DNA of 63,566 bases, the filler included, from Vannella sp. (Eukaryota), in assembly GCA_023345925.1 (NCBI GenBank). It is 5 parts of 5 records of this genome, joined end to end, with 100 filler letters (N's around TTAATTAATTAA, not from the genome) between each part and the next. Parts side by side here need not be neighbours in the genome. Positions count along the whole stretch, not along the records: positions 1 to 30,256 come from JAJQQN010000191.1; positions 30,357 to 38,468 come from JAJQQN010000589.1; 3 more parts are not named here. One strand, given 5' to 3'. The notes beneath the pieces are model-generated. The model did not search any database. It had not been told where the DNA came from and worked only from the letters and a program-made list of their open reading frames with translations. The position numbers were made by a program, and so were the translations under genes. This document shows, in pieces, positions 23,401-31,997 of this stretch. Position 1 is the first letter of the stretch. Each line of letters opens with the position of its first letter.

Positions 23401-25009
23401 CATTGTTCGCTACCTTGATGACAAGCCTCAGGAGTACTCCATCAACTTTCATACCATGAGACAGCGCAATCTCAAAACAGGATATGAGCGGGTTGTTTCA
23501 AGAGAGAGAGTGAAAATTCTCGACATCCCAGGAGTCTGCTGGCAAGTGGAACTGTTCCCAGGCAAGTGGAGCCGCTTTGAACTTGCTATTCATGGCACAA
23601 TAGAGAGCTACTATCGTCAATTCCTCTCGGGAGGTCAGAGCATCGTCAAAGTTCGATTCCCAGGTCGCCCTGAAGAATACGAGATCAACTTTGCCATTGG
23701 CACTCAAACCAACCTTACCACTAATCGCTCCCGATCCCTTCGTCGCTCAGCAGAGGTGGAGGACGTTACCACTCTCGATGACGAGATGGTGGTCATCAAG
23801 GTCCCGAAGTCAGTTCGTTCAGAATCTGCCATTCACCTTCTCCAGAACCAGAAGCGCCAGCACAGGTTGAAGCAGACTCTCTCTGCTATGACTGATCGAT
23901 TCACACATCCAATCGCGGGCAACATTGCCCCTGTCCTCCACGTCGATGCTCAGAGTGGTGCAGTGACACTGACTCTCACTGGTGCAGCCAAGGCTGCATG
24001 TCCCCTTCTTGTAGGTGCGGTTTTGAATGAATGTGATGCAGACGCTTGGGGACTCAGTGCCATTAAGACCTCTGGTGAAGCTGGACAAGCAATGATGAGA
24101 AACCCGCGCCTTCTTCAATTGGCTCTTAATGATCCACCGGCAATCAATCCCAGAGATCGAAACGACGTCACTCTGCTCCTGGCACACACTGCCACATGGA
24201 AAGCGAAGCTCATGCTATGTGGAAGCTTCATTTGTGACTGGGCCATCAATCAGACTTCTTCACGGATTCAGACATTGATTGTTGGCTCTGAAGGAGCCGG
24301 AGACTCGGACGATGAGGACTTTGATGCTGAGGAAGAGAGCGTGGGATCGTATGCGAGGGCTTTGGCACTCTTCCGCGGGATTGCGACGAAGTTTGGCTTC
24401 CAAGTTTCGGACCTTTACTCAGAGAGATCCATTCATACTCTCTCCTTCAAAGGGCCTTGGGCAGGTGCGCCTATCGATGTAGACATCATGGAGAGAGAAT
24501 TCATAGCGCCAGACTCTGATGTCAACAACATTGGCTTCTTCAGAGGAGCTCTCCGCAAAAGGGCCGCCGAAGTGGGCCGCGATAACTCCCTGCAATCCTC
24601 CCTTCTCCATTGCCAACAGAAGCAATTCGTTTTCTACCCCGTGCCAAACGCAACCGGCTTCTCTGAAGACAACCAGAACTGCCTAATCAGGCTTTACCAG
24701 AAAGGTTTCATCTGGCAAACGCCGCATCCGATCTTGATTGGAAGAGAATCTTTCCCACAATATCAAAGGCAACTTCTCGTGTCCTCCAAACAGAGGACCG
24801 AACAGCTGGATACTCGCAACAAATGGGCAGTTTGGGCTGATAAAGAGGATCTCCTTCTCCTCCGCCTACGAAGAGAGTTCCAGACTGCCCAATTTGTCAA
24901 GAGCGGACACGCCCTTCTGGTCACGGCCAACGCTTTCGACTGGGAAAGAATCCCGACTTTCCTGCAAAAGATTGAACGAGAAGAACACCCTGATCTCCTC
25001 TCATTCTAA
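17417..25009 (+). CDS. Giant multidomain protein: CCCH zinc fingers, DEAH RNA helicase, RING-IBR, PARP-like ART, 2x WWE, degenerate nucleotidyltransferase
   Basis: Single uninterrupted ORF. Helicase motifs ATGSGKTTQ, TQPR, DEAH, SAT, TNVAETSLT, QRKGRAGR; RING CVYC..CGHRHCDNC..CPSC; IBR CPSGKC..CISC..CPKC..H..SC; ART TWHGS..YGPGEYF; WWE WRW..EYSINF..QRNLKTGYER; NTase-like GSFICDW..DVDI..DSDVNN. Confidence 0.9.
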   Translation: MAPTLPCRFGNGCRFKATCTFAHLDQPCPVGKGCKQFSCELDHPNGRTPKCRNGEACHTPNCWALHPNRDGNHAPTTPRQANVPAAARPTTPRQTNVPAASRPTTPRQANIPTAPKPTTPRQSNAYNRPASSEKPQNKFMPKKEPSTVPQPFSLDDDDSDEDLEESFTRTLRIHGQEEEEEEDEEYLGPPACFRGGDCAKKECKFVHPASRVLCEAWGDCQDTECTAVHPQARKKPCRNKMKCGYLNCFFKHPAGWSPCPEGKMCVNLTCPFPHPPTRTQVCGSGLACRDSECGRLHPDDWDPNGITQESQRVRNLKSFDQRQQERIEAGLPILQCREEFLRRLKREKVLVVTAATGSGKTTQLPQYAAESDEFDQTKLIVCTQPRAIAARTISQRIGEEFDGTGVGDNVGFKAGGSKSTAGKRIMLMTDSALISEAQKDPKLSKISVLIIDEAHERSLNTDIVLGIAKLVLAQRPNDFYVVIASATIDPKPFFCFFFDLSEHDPSISGYDDDFASVQAPSPFARQFKYHPLKVPGRLYPVTIENVDVKDKKVKDVLIPKLVEVLEHQTRGHCLVFLQGSGEVEKAIKDFQTVAKPNWNALPLYGPLPPEEQQKVMKFNDENGTQRMIVFCTNVAETSLTVPGVRIVVDVGLAKEARYDPKRRMTVLEEVLISQSSADQRKGRAGRTSEGYCLRLYSPDDITRSSIEPEILRSSLDLVILQLACLGHNPRSFPFISKPPQENIDGSITVLQRLECLDRNMRVTPRGEMFNQMPFDPRTSFFIANCFEKYGHGQCALEIASIMSAPGSIFFMGGKDKKTKDENKLRRAAAAVEGGSNSDLLYMRSVYNEWKKVGATDSFSKTCPQCKAVSKQGNCRKCQIKYTMENSLNSKVLNIVASTVDEVMRTLKQRRMSQVAVDCVEAEAVGRALSLAYEEQLAEFLAPNDPKAGVHIMDSGMQASVANTSALSRGPPKGKKLIIVMNISQTPTGRIFADSLHSLDHSWLTSRLQELVRKKSIDMKRCFSQENLNFRFQRSLAKHFQELVATRTSHAREYGLIVTHHSQSTMTLSVFAPAVIAKEVAKISQDHIEALMQEELDYEADRIVGRGCAVARFTSGFVLDSLEDVGFGSRIRMESLDNHIKTPELLEKWVCNLSGIKPNDIKYSSLKDGVGIVVFKSPGIADKVKNKIQADPRHAACLSFSTSAKETLGRMVLWRVAGQVPPIPDSFKNRLSCKRLGKEQAPEISLKLDGLHATVSIPLILSSLGSPKCTIEPLKPARGQDSVWTVVKFNNMDEYNRAVSQFPQSYLARTAHCISGTNKAGKSYTGKSILPRMSAFTPKERPNTYSVICNSPTDADNFCRFIEQSGSGQMGVARGESLVEIERSHLLELTTILANIESRFNCKTEIQRIDNTNKKYQNRQGSASTCRVKISGQEPSRCGAAAQLLMSCTSPIKWIPHDVTVKAMLQELVDIGFIKQRAGRLEITQLIDKREKTVYGLTVYGSGQEQGRFMGEIRNYIDKFNARFRLVKVDPALTNQFRFKDSLGLAAMDEIEGKMNETVSITYSFIVKSLQLLVSPRFASSAEKILKKCEELIYQDFFVPFGGKKVDDNSKCVYCHSASGTPFRICGHRHCDNCFVSSTKEAAEAGQFPISCPSCRTPVHIIDLRNALGDNFEKVAESATRSFISQNPDSQHMMCPSGKCGAIVSRNGSYGRCISCGDEYCPKCLTVNDALHLNLSCVEYKAAIGYCKNFPKEKLFQEAREWAHSNWAPDMPKIVGIYDNPGVLNGCMAMQRFCGGLNAVYPGILPERLFQLSMFTWHGSSEEGVASICSEGFSPQFRSGQAYGPGEYFGFSSSVSRGFCKNNSSHMIVGMILNKIPEFSSHSTYCYVVNNPIDFKISYCLPVSVVNFGTMRVPNFKLQPTVLLPYPWNLIFQRSGQAGLDDEEEGGKVGWVSPFRWRWQTDKGAMECYTDTINALMETYFAQFLSKRIVEFHTPAIVRYLDDKPQEYSINFHTMRQRNLKTGYERVVSRERVKILDIPGVCWQVELFPGKWSRFELAIHGTIESYYRQFLSGGQSIVKVRFPGRPEEYEINFAIGTQTNLTTNRSRSLRRSAEVEDVTTLDDEMVVIKVPKSVRSESAIHLLQNQKRQHRLKQTLSAMTDRFTHPIAGNIAPVLHVDAQSGAVTLTLTGAAKAACPLLVGAVLNECDADAWGLSAIKTSGEAGQAMMRNPRLLQLALNDPPAINPRDRNDVTLLLAHTATWKAKLMLCGSFICDWAINQTSSRIQTLIVGSEGAGDSDDEDFDAEEESVGSYARALALFRGIATKFGFQVSDLYSERSIHTLSFKGPWAGAPIDVDIMEREFIAPDSDVNNIGFFRGALRKRAAEVGRDNSLQSSLLHCQQKQFVFYPVPNATGFSEDNQNCLIRLYQKGFIWQTPHPILIGRESFPQYQRQLLVSSKQRTEQLDTRNKWAVWADKEDLLLLRLRREFQTAQFVKSGHALLVTANAFDWERIPTFLQKIEREEHPDLLSF
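17639..17788 (+). repeat. Coding tandem repeat, 42-bp unit x ~3.5 (PTTPRQxNxPxxxR/K)
   Basis: CCAACCACTCCACGTCAA recurs every 42 nt. Confidence 0.9.
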
Positions 25010-25222
25010 CTCTCTCTGACTTTCTTTCAGCATCCCTCTCGGCACTTCAATAAACGCCTTCCAAAGCAATCCCATAACCGGTTAAAATCCGGTTACTCGC
25101 TTTTTTTCTGACTTCTTGTGCAAGTCTTATGGGTCGTTATCTCGTCTTGTGTGCGAGGAATGATCTTCGCCAGTCATCCTTTCGGCCAGATTGGCGGGGA
25201 AAGGCATTTTTTGGTGGGCTGG

Positions 25223-26596
25223 ATGGGCTCGCGGTCCTGTCAGTTTGGAATGGGATGCAGAGCCAAGGACTCCACTTGTGGAGCCTTTCATCCAGATCAA
25301 ATCCCATGCCTGAAGGGGCTCTCTTGCCTGGCAAGAGGGTCCTCGTGTTCCTTTCTGCACCTCGATGCGCTCTCTGAGGGAGAACAGGGCGCCTCCTTCA
25401 TTTGGATGTGGGAAGCTGATGGGAAACAGATGTTGGCTTATCCAGACGACCTCAATGGGCTGCTGGAGAGGTTCTACGACCTCTTCCTTGAGAAAGGCAC
25501 CTACCGCTTCCTGACCCCTCCTATTCTTCGCCACCTTGACAAGGAGACGCAACAGTACATCATTGATTTCCATCATTGGACCCAGACAAACATCAAAACC
25601 ATGTACAAGAGAAGAATTGTGAGAGGAACAGCCAACAAAGGCATCCGAAATCCTCTAGAAGACTCCTTCTCTTGGATGTGGCAATTAGATAGTCGTAAGA
25701 TGGAACCCTATCTGGACCATCTCAATATCCTACTCGAATCGTTCTATTCCCAGTTCCTGGAAGAGGGAATCGCGGAATTCCGGACTCCTCCGACGGTCCG
25801 CTACAACGACCAAGTGAGTTTGGAATACGCAATCAACTTCAATCGCTGGGAGCAATGCAATGTTCAAACAGGCTACACAAGGTCTATTGTCAGAGGAAAG
25901 TCATCCCAGCCAACCATCACATTCTTGAAAGCGTGCGGTGCAAGACCTGAAACCTTGTCGAGACTCTCTCTTTTAAGCTCAAGCTCCGCTTATCAGTTTG
26001 ATACTAAGGATCAAATGCTTGCTTCAGTGGCCAGATTCTTCCTCAGAGAGTGCCGAATGGCGATTCATGGAGGCTTTGTGCGGGATTGGCTTTTGGATTA
26101 CTCGGAGCCGTCTGACATTGACGTGAACTTGTCCCCTCAGAAGAGTATGGATGACGCTGAGAAAGATATTAAGCGATTGGTAGACACTAATGGGCTCTCT
26201 TTGACCTTAGTAAGCAACGGGACGGTGAAAGCGGGACATTTGGTGAAATATAAGATACAAAATGGAACCACTACTGTCGATGTGGACTTTCTGAAGCCCA
26301 ATCTACCTCTCTCAACTCTCTGTGACGCAGATGTGAATAACTTGCTCCTTTCTTGGGAAGGACAAAGGATCCAATTGGAGCAAAAAGTAGCTCTCACGTC
26401 CTACACGTTGAACCAAACTGTATCAAACATTGCTTTGCATCAGTTCCATCTTCATGAGCCCTTTTCTCGGCCGAAATACGCAGCAGATCGTGCCAAAAAG
26501 CTTCTTCACAAGGGCTATCGTTGCCTCTCTGGCATTCCTCTCTCACAGAAAGGTCAATTTACCAGCCAAGAACAACAAAAAATCCAGTTTAGTTGA
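25223..26596 (+). CDS. CCCH zinc finger, 2x WWE, Pol-beta-superfamily nucleotidyltransferase (CCA/poly(A)-polymerase head-like)
   Basis: CQFGMGC..C..FH and CLKGLSC..C.FLH; two WWE repeats; AIHGGFVRDWL..SDIDV..VDVDF..DADVNNL. Confidence 0.85.
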   Translation: MGSRSCQFGMGCRAKDSTCGAFHPDQIPCLKGLSCLARGSSCSFLHLDALSEGEQGASFIWMWEADGKQMLAYPDDLNGLLERFYDLFLEKGTYRFLTPPILRHLDKETQQYIIDFHHWTQTNIKTMYKRRIVRGTANKGIRNPLEDSFSWMWQLDSRKMEPYLDHLNILLESFYSQFLEEGIAEFRTPPTVRYNDQVSLEYAINFNRWEQCNVQTGYTRSIVRGKSSQPTITFLKACGARPETLSRLSLLSSSSAYQFDTKDQMLASVARFFLRECRMAIHGGFVRDWLLDYSEPSDIDVNLSPQKSMDDAEKDIKRLVDTNGLSLTLVSNGTVKAGHLVKYKIQNGTTTVDVDFLKPNLPLSTLCDADVNNLLLSWEGQRIQLEQKVALTSYTLNQTVSNIALHQFHLHEPFSRPKYAADRAKKLLHKGYRCLSGIPLSQKGQFTSQEQQKIQFS

Positions 26597-27044
26597 GCAC
26601 AAGGTCTTCAATCCGGGGTCAACAATGCGGTTCTTCACTTAGAGGTCCCTTTTGGTCAGGCCCATGCAAAGAGCAACATACTCTGGGACTCCTATGGCAC
26701 TGAACGTTAGTGTATATCCATGAGTAACCCAAATCAGGCCTTCCCTGGTCTCATCGTTAAGAGCTCTTCGAAATATGACCTCCATTCGAGGGTCGGGTCC
26801 TACTAAAGGGTCGCTCAGTGAGCGTTGACCTAGCAGACTGGGTTTAATAGACATCGAAAAGAAAGCTCACCCTGGCATCAGCTGCCAGCCTGTCCTCCAT
26901 CCGGCTCCGACCCAAGTGCTTTCGAAAGCTCCTTTTTCCGGTTGCCTCCTTCCCATTTCAGCCAGCGAGCGGATGCATGCGTTAGGATAACATGGATTCT
27001 TGTTGTGATTGGATTGGTTGAGGTTTAGTTGTTATTGGGCTTGA

Positions 27045-28289
27045 ATGGAAGGACTTAGACTGGCGGACTGGTGCAAGGCTTTGGAGCCTTCTGTGCTTCG
27101 GGAGATGATCGACGTTGTGTCCAAGGAGGCTAATGTTATCAACTTTGCCACGGGACTGCCGGAAAGCGACTTGTTCCCCTCCGCGGAGTTCAAAGCGGGC
27201 ATCGCCACCGCTCTCGCCACGGATCCTCTCGCTTTGCAGTATCGTCCGCCCTTTGAGCCCCTTAAGAACCATATTGTTGGTATCATGGCTAAGAGGTGAG
27301 TCTGCTCTGCTCATCCTGGGGCTACTGGAGTCCTCATTGCCTTCAGAGGGATCACTTGCAAGAGTGAGGATGTTTTCATCACTACAGGCGCTCAGCAAGG
27401 GCTCAACGTGCTCACAAGATTGCTACTTAATCCTGGGGGTGATATGATCCTCGAAGAAGTGGTGTACTCTGGCCTGAGGCAGGTAATCAACCCATTACAG
27501 CCAAAGATCCACTTTGTCAAGACGGATCTTGCTACGGGCATGGATACGGACGAGGTTGAAGCGCTTCTTGAGAAAGGCATACGTCCTCCCTTCTTCTATG
27601 TGGCACCAAACGCTCAGGCCCCGATCGGGGTGAGCCTATCTAAGGAGAAGCGCGCAAAGCTCCTCGAGATTGCTCATCGATACAAGGTTCCTGTGATTGA
27701 GGATGATACGTACGGGTTCCTTACGTATGAGCACAATGATGAGCGCTGCCTCAAGGCCATGAGCGATGACTGGGTGTTCTATCTTGGCTCCTTCTCGAAA
27801 GTGATTGCTCCTGGTCTCCGCCTGGGATGGATGGTAGCCCCTCCAGTGCTTCTGAACACACTCACTGTTCTCAAAGAAGCCACAGACTTGGAGAGCTCTG
27901 GTATCACTCAACGGGGAGTGTCGCTTTACCTCGACCAAGGGACATTCTACACTCATATTGAGACAGTCCGCGCAGAGTACCAAAGACGCCGTGATGCAAT
28001 GCTTCAGAGCTTAGAAGAGCACTTCCCTAAGACAGCTACTTGGTCCAAACCCACCGGAGGGATGTTCATTTGGGTGGTTTTGCCGAACAATGTCGATTCC
28101 CACAAGCTTTTGGACTACTGCCTCAAGGAGGTCCAAGTGGCGTTCATTCCTGGCAGCGCGTTTGCTCTTCCTGGAGCTAACGCAAGCTCAGCATTGCGAC
28201 TTAACTTCGCCTCTTGCAAATGTGAGAAGATCCAGGAAGGAATCCGCCTTTTGGGAGGCGCCATCGCGAAGTATACTTCCCAACAGTGA
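27045..28289 (+). CDS. PLP-dependent aminotransferase class I/II (2-aminoadipate/aromatic aminotransferase-like); intron ~27296-27346
   Basis: INFATGLP, TTGAQQGL, IEDDTY, GSFSKVIAPGLRLGW (PLP lysine), GGMFIW, LRLNF. Confidence 0.9.
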
Positions 28290-28329
28290 GATTAACAATG
28301 AAGAGACCGTTTATCCCTTCCAGATAACA

Positions 28330-30256
28330 CTATGGAGGAGGGCTTAATGGTGCAAAGGATGTCCCTTGGAACTGCTCCCTAAAGGCAGTCCCACGAGGGG
28401 TCAATCCAGCGGTGGACCTGCTTCGGCGATCCAAACGCTTCGTTCGTGTAAAGTGGAAACGGGGCTTGGACTTTCGTCTCTTCTTGTTGTCTTTCAACTG
28501 GTCTGACACGGACAACACGTACTCTTCGAACTCAGGCGAGTCAAGATAACGGGGGAAAGTGTCATCTAACATCAGAAGGACCGATTGGTCATGTGCCTGA
28601 GAGAATAAGAAGAGAGCTACACGCATGAAGAGAACTCACTTCAACGAAGAGGTCCAAAGAGAACTTCTTCTTGCCCACTTTGGCAAGAGCATCTGACTTG
28701 ATGGCTTCTTCAATATTGAGTTCGAAAGGCGCTCCTTTGACAAGGAACCGGTCGGCAATCTATTCCCCAGTTGGAAGTCTATCTTAGGAAGGAGAGGGAG
28801 ACTTCGCACGCTCTTTGCAATGGCTTCAGACTCCGGCGGAGACTTGGCTGCCAAGTAAGAGTCCACATCTTGCAGGAAAAGCAAAAGCTCTGAGCTGTTC
28901 GAACGGTAAGGGCATGCGCTCATGAATAGTAACTGGCATACCAATACTCTCGCTCAGTAAAGCGATGGAGTGTGTCGAATCCCTCCTCCGACGAGATGAG
29001 TTCCTTCAAATGGTCCACTCCAACGAAGTTTTGGGGGTCACCAAACACCCAGAGACCTGATACATCCAGTTCTTCGTTCTTCGCACGAGAGCGAGGACTC
29101 AGTGAGCCCTCGTCAGACTCGTTTGGAGGAGAATTTGGTTCGTCCAGGAACTCTGAATGGAGCTGACCGTGAGAAGGTTTGAGGACTCGAGTGAGGAGTT
29201 GTTTCACAGTAAAGGGAAGGTTCTCTCCTGACTCTTCAGCGCCCTTGGCGTTGAGCTCCTCAAAGATCTTCACGAACTCCATCGGAAGGAGGGCATCGAT
29301 GGATCCGGCACTTCGATTAAAGAGAACATCAGCGCGTTCCGCGACGTAACGCTTAGCTCTGTGCAAAGCGTCCTTCCACATCTTAGCGTTGTCGCACTCC
29401 CAAGTCCACAGCTCCCATCCAAAGAGAGATGTGACACTGCAAAGGTTCCCTGGCAGAACCTGACATTGCATATCAACTGGTACAGGCCTCACTCGGCAGC
29501 TTCCTGGAGTGACATTGCCTAAGTCATCAAGTTGGAACGTAACTATCAAGTCGTTGCACAACGCAACGCGCAGATGAACCCCCTTAGGGAAGGTGACAAC
29601 AATCCCCTCGCATAATACGCGCCTGTAAGGTTTCGCGAACTGTCACCGAGTTAGAGAGTGAGCTGAGGGATAGATAATGCTCCTACCTTCTCTTGAAGAG
29701 CCAGAGGCAGGCTGGCTTGAAGGGGGACGAGGTTTCGGTGATACTCGCGAGCGCGATGAAAGAGAGGCGTTGCAACGCTTTGCAAGCAGTTCACTGCAGC
29801 AGAGATTGAGAGGTAGTCAACGTGCTCTACTGGCGTGTTGAACTGGATCAAGCGGAGGATCTCGGCGTAGTTTAAGGCGCGGAGGAGAGGCAAAGTGAAG
29901 CCTTCCTTCAATGGAGAGCCAGAGTGAACCAACGAGTAGACCATTGTCCAGATAGGTGTTTCAATAGACGAGGAATGACTAGGATTCGGAGTGATGGCGT
30001 CGATATCGCGGTAGAACTCGCTCGTGAGTTGGCTTAGTAATGTCGGCATGTCTACAAGGTCCACTTGAAGCTTCTCGTAGCAATCAGGTAGTCTAGCAGC
30101 AAGGTTGGTCTCTGTTACCATCCAGGAGTCAACAGCCTGAAGCACCCACTCCCAACACAAGGACCAGGCCGTGAAGAGGGGCGCCAGGGTGTGCTCGATG
30201 TGCGTGCAGATATCACGGATAGAAAGCTCTGCTTCGTCGTTCGTGGATGTTCGTGT
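28330..30256 (-). CDS. DH(RhoGEF)-PH-RGS domain protein, multi-exon, 5' end cut by the spacer
   Basis: DH-like TLPLLRALNYAEILRLIQFNTPVEHVDY, PH-like ALCNDLIV..W..ALHRA, RGS-like HRFTEREY-SSELLLFLQDVDSY..LMLDDTFPRYLDSPEF. Confidence 0.7.
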
Positions 30257-30356
30257 NNNNNNNNNNNNNNNNNNNNNNNNNNNNNNNNNNNNNNNNNNNN
30301 TTAATTAATTAANNNNNNNNNNNNNNNNNNNNNNNNNNNNNNNNNNNNNNNNNNNN
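30257..30356. other. Artificial contig spacer
   Basis: N44-TTAATTAATTAA-N44, with stops in all frames. Confidence 0.97.
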
Positions 30357-30885
30357 GGTGCCAAGGGCAGAAGAAGTCCAAAAGTGACTTTAGCTCCGTA
30401 CCAAGAGCTCCTCTCTCAAAAGCATCCTTCTGGAAGGCGCGCACATGGAAAGAAGTTGTCCCGCCCGCCCGTTGTTGAAGGGCAACGGCTGTAACTGAAG
30501 GAGAGCGAGTCAGTTGAAAGAAGAGGAGATATAGGGGGGTTTGTTTACCTTCAGATAAGGTATGGAACTCGTCAAGGAGGGCGGAGGCATTTGACAATGA
30601 CCGTAGAACCTTCGAACACCATCGAGAGCTCTCCAAAGGGTTCGAAGCCAGACTAGTACATGCCTCCTTAAAAGTAGCACGAAAGCTCTTACTCTTCCGA
30701 GTCGCCAAAGCCTCGAACGGAGAACCAGACAGAAGACTAACCAGGGTTCGCAGCTTCTCGCAATCCCCCTCCAATTCGGCGCACACACGCTCTGTCTGTT
30801 GATAGATCTCCTCCGTAGCATGGCTCACCAACGTCAAGATCAACTGCAACACCAACTGCGTCGAAGACGGCCGCGATTCCGCCAT
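30357..30885 (-). CDS. Hypothetical protein, N-terminal fragment (may be the 5' part of the DH-PH-RGS gene)
   Basis: Open frame from MAESRPSS runs into the spacer, on the same strand as the truncated gene across the gap. Confidence 0.5.
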
Positions 30886-30999
30886 TGCCGCGCTTTGTCC
30901 CCGACCCAAACCAAATGACCTTTCCCACCAATCAAATTAGAAGACACTTTATTTAAGAAAATTCTCTGCAAAAGCTTCATTATTTGGTGGCGTGTGGGC

Positions 31000-31955
31000 A
31001 TGGACCCCTTTGCTCTGGTGAAAAAGTGAGGGAAATGGGGTGTTTGTGATGTGGTCTCATTAGATGAGGTGATAGGGAGGTGGAGAAAGCTCTGATGGGC
31101 GTGAATCAGGTGTTTGAACAGTGGAAACGTTCGGTAGATGCCGATGAGCGGTCTTGGGCGGCTGATGAGGTGAAGACGGGCGCCAAGAACATCGAATGGG
31201 ATCTTCAGGATTTGGAGAAGTCTATTGAGATGGTTCAGAGTGACTCGAAGCGGTTCAGTTCGATCACACAGGCGGAGCTTGACCAGAGGAAGCAATTTGT
31301 GTCCGACACTCGCCAACACATTCAGAAGCTCTCTCGTGAGGTCTCCTCTGTTCCACAATCTGGTAGCTCTGTTCGACACAACCGCACTGTGAGTGAACGG
31401 GCTGCTTCTTGGACCAGGGAGTCGAAGTGTGACCAGGAAGGGGCTGTTCTAGCAACTGGGGGTGGAACGACCACCGCCATCTTCTGGGAAGTACTCAGCA
31501 CTGGAGAAGGAGATCCAAGCGGACCACTCTCGCTTCATTGGTGGCCATCAACAGTTGCAGCAGGAGATGTATGAGGAACAGGAGAAGGGGCTTGGAGAAG
31601 TCTCCATTGCTGTTGATACGCTCCATAACATGAGTCACGACATGAACGATGAACTGGAAAGGCAAAGGAAGTCCGTTTCAGCCTCCCTCTATCCTCCTCA
31701 GCACATCCTTACCTTCCACCGACAGAGAGTTGGACCTTTACGAAGGCGAGATGATCAAAACCACCAACAAGGTCGGCCGCGCCATCCGCAAAGTAGATGA
31801 CCTCATCAACAAGGCAGACAGTAAGCTCAGACCACCTCCTCACATTTCCCTTACATTTCCCTTACATTTCACCTTCAGGCAAAGCCGGATATTGGATCAT
31901 CGGTGCTCTCATAATTTTGATCATCATTCTGTTTGTTGTACTCTTTTTGGTTTAG
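31000..31955 (+). CDS. Syntaxin-6/10 (Tlg1)-like Qc-SNARE, multi-exon
   Basis: MDPFALVK, IEWDLQDLEKSIEMV, ELDQRKQFV, SNARE motif EEQEKGLGEVS..MNDELERQ and C-terminal TM YWIIGALIILIIILFVVLFLV. Confidence 0.88.
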
Positions 31956-31997
31956 CTTGTAAAGCGCATTTCCCTTCCCAACTGCCAGTTGCTGTCC

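Noticed and set aside
30257..30356. TTAATTAATTAA palindrome flanked by Ns, four copies in the window
   Set aside because: Identical 100-nt spacer each time; a contig-joining artefact, not a biological repeat or transposon target site.
31841..31870. 11-bp tandem repeat (ACATTTCCCTT)
   Set aside because: A short intronic slippage repeat with no evidence of function.
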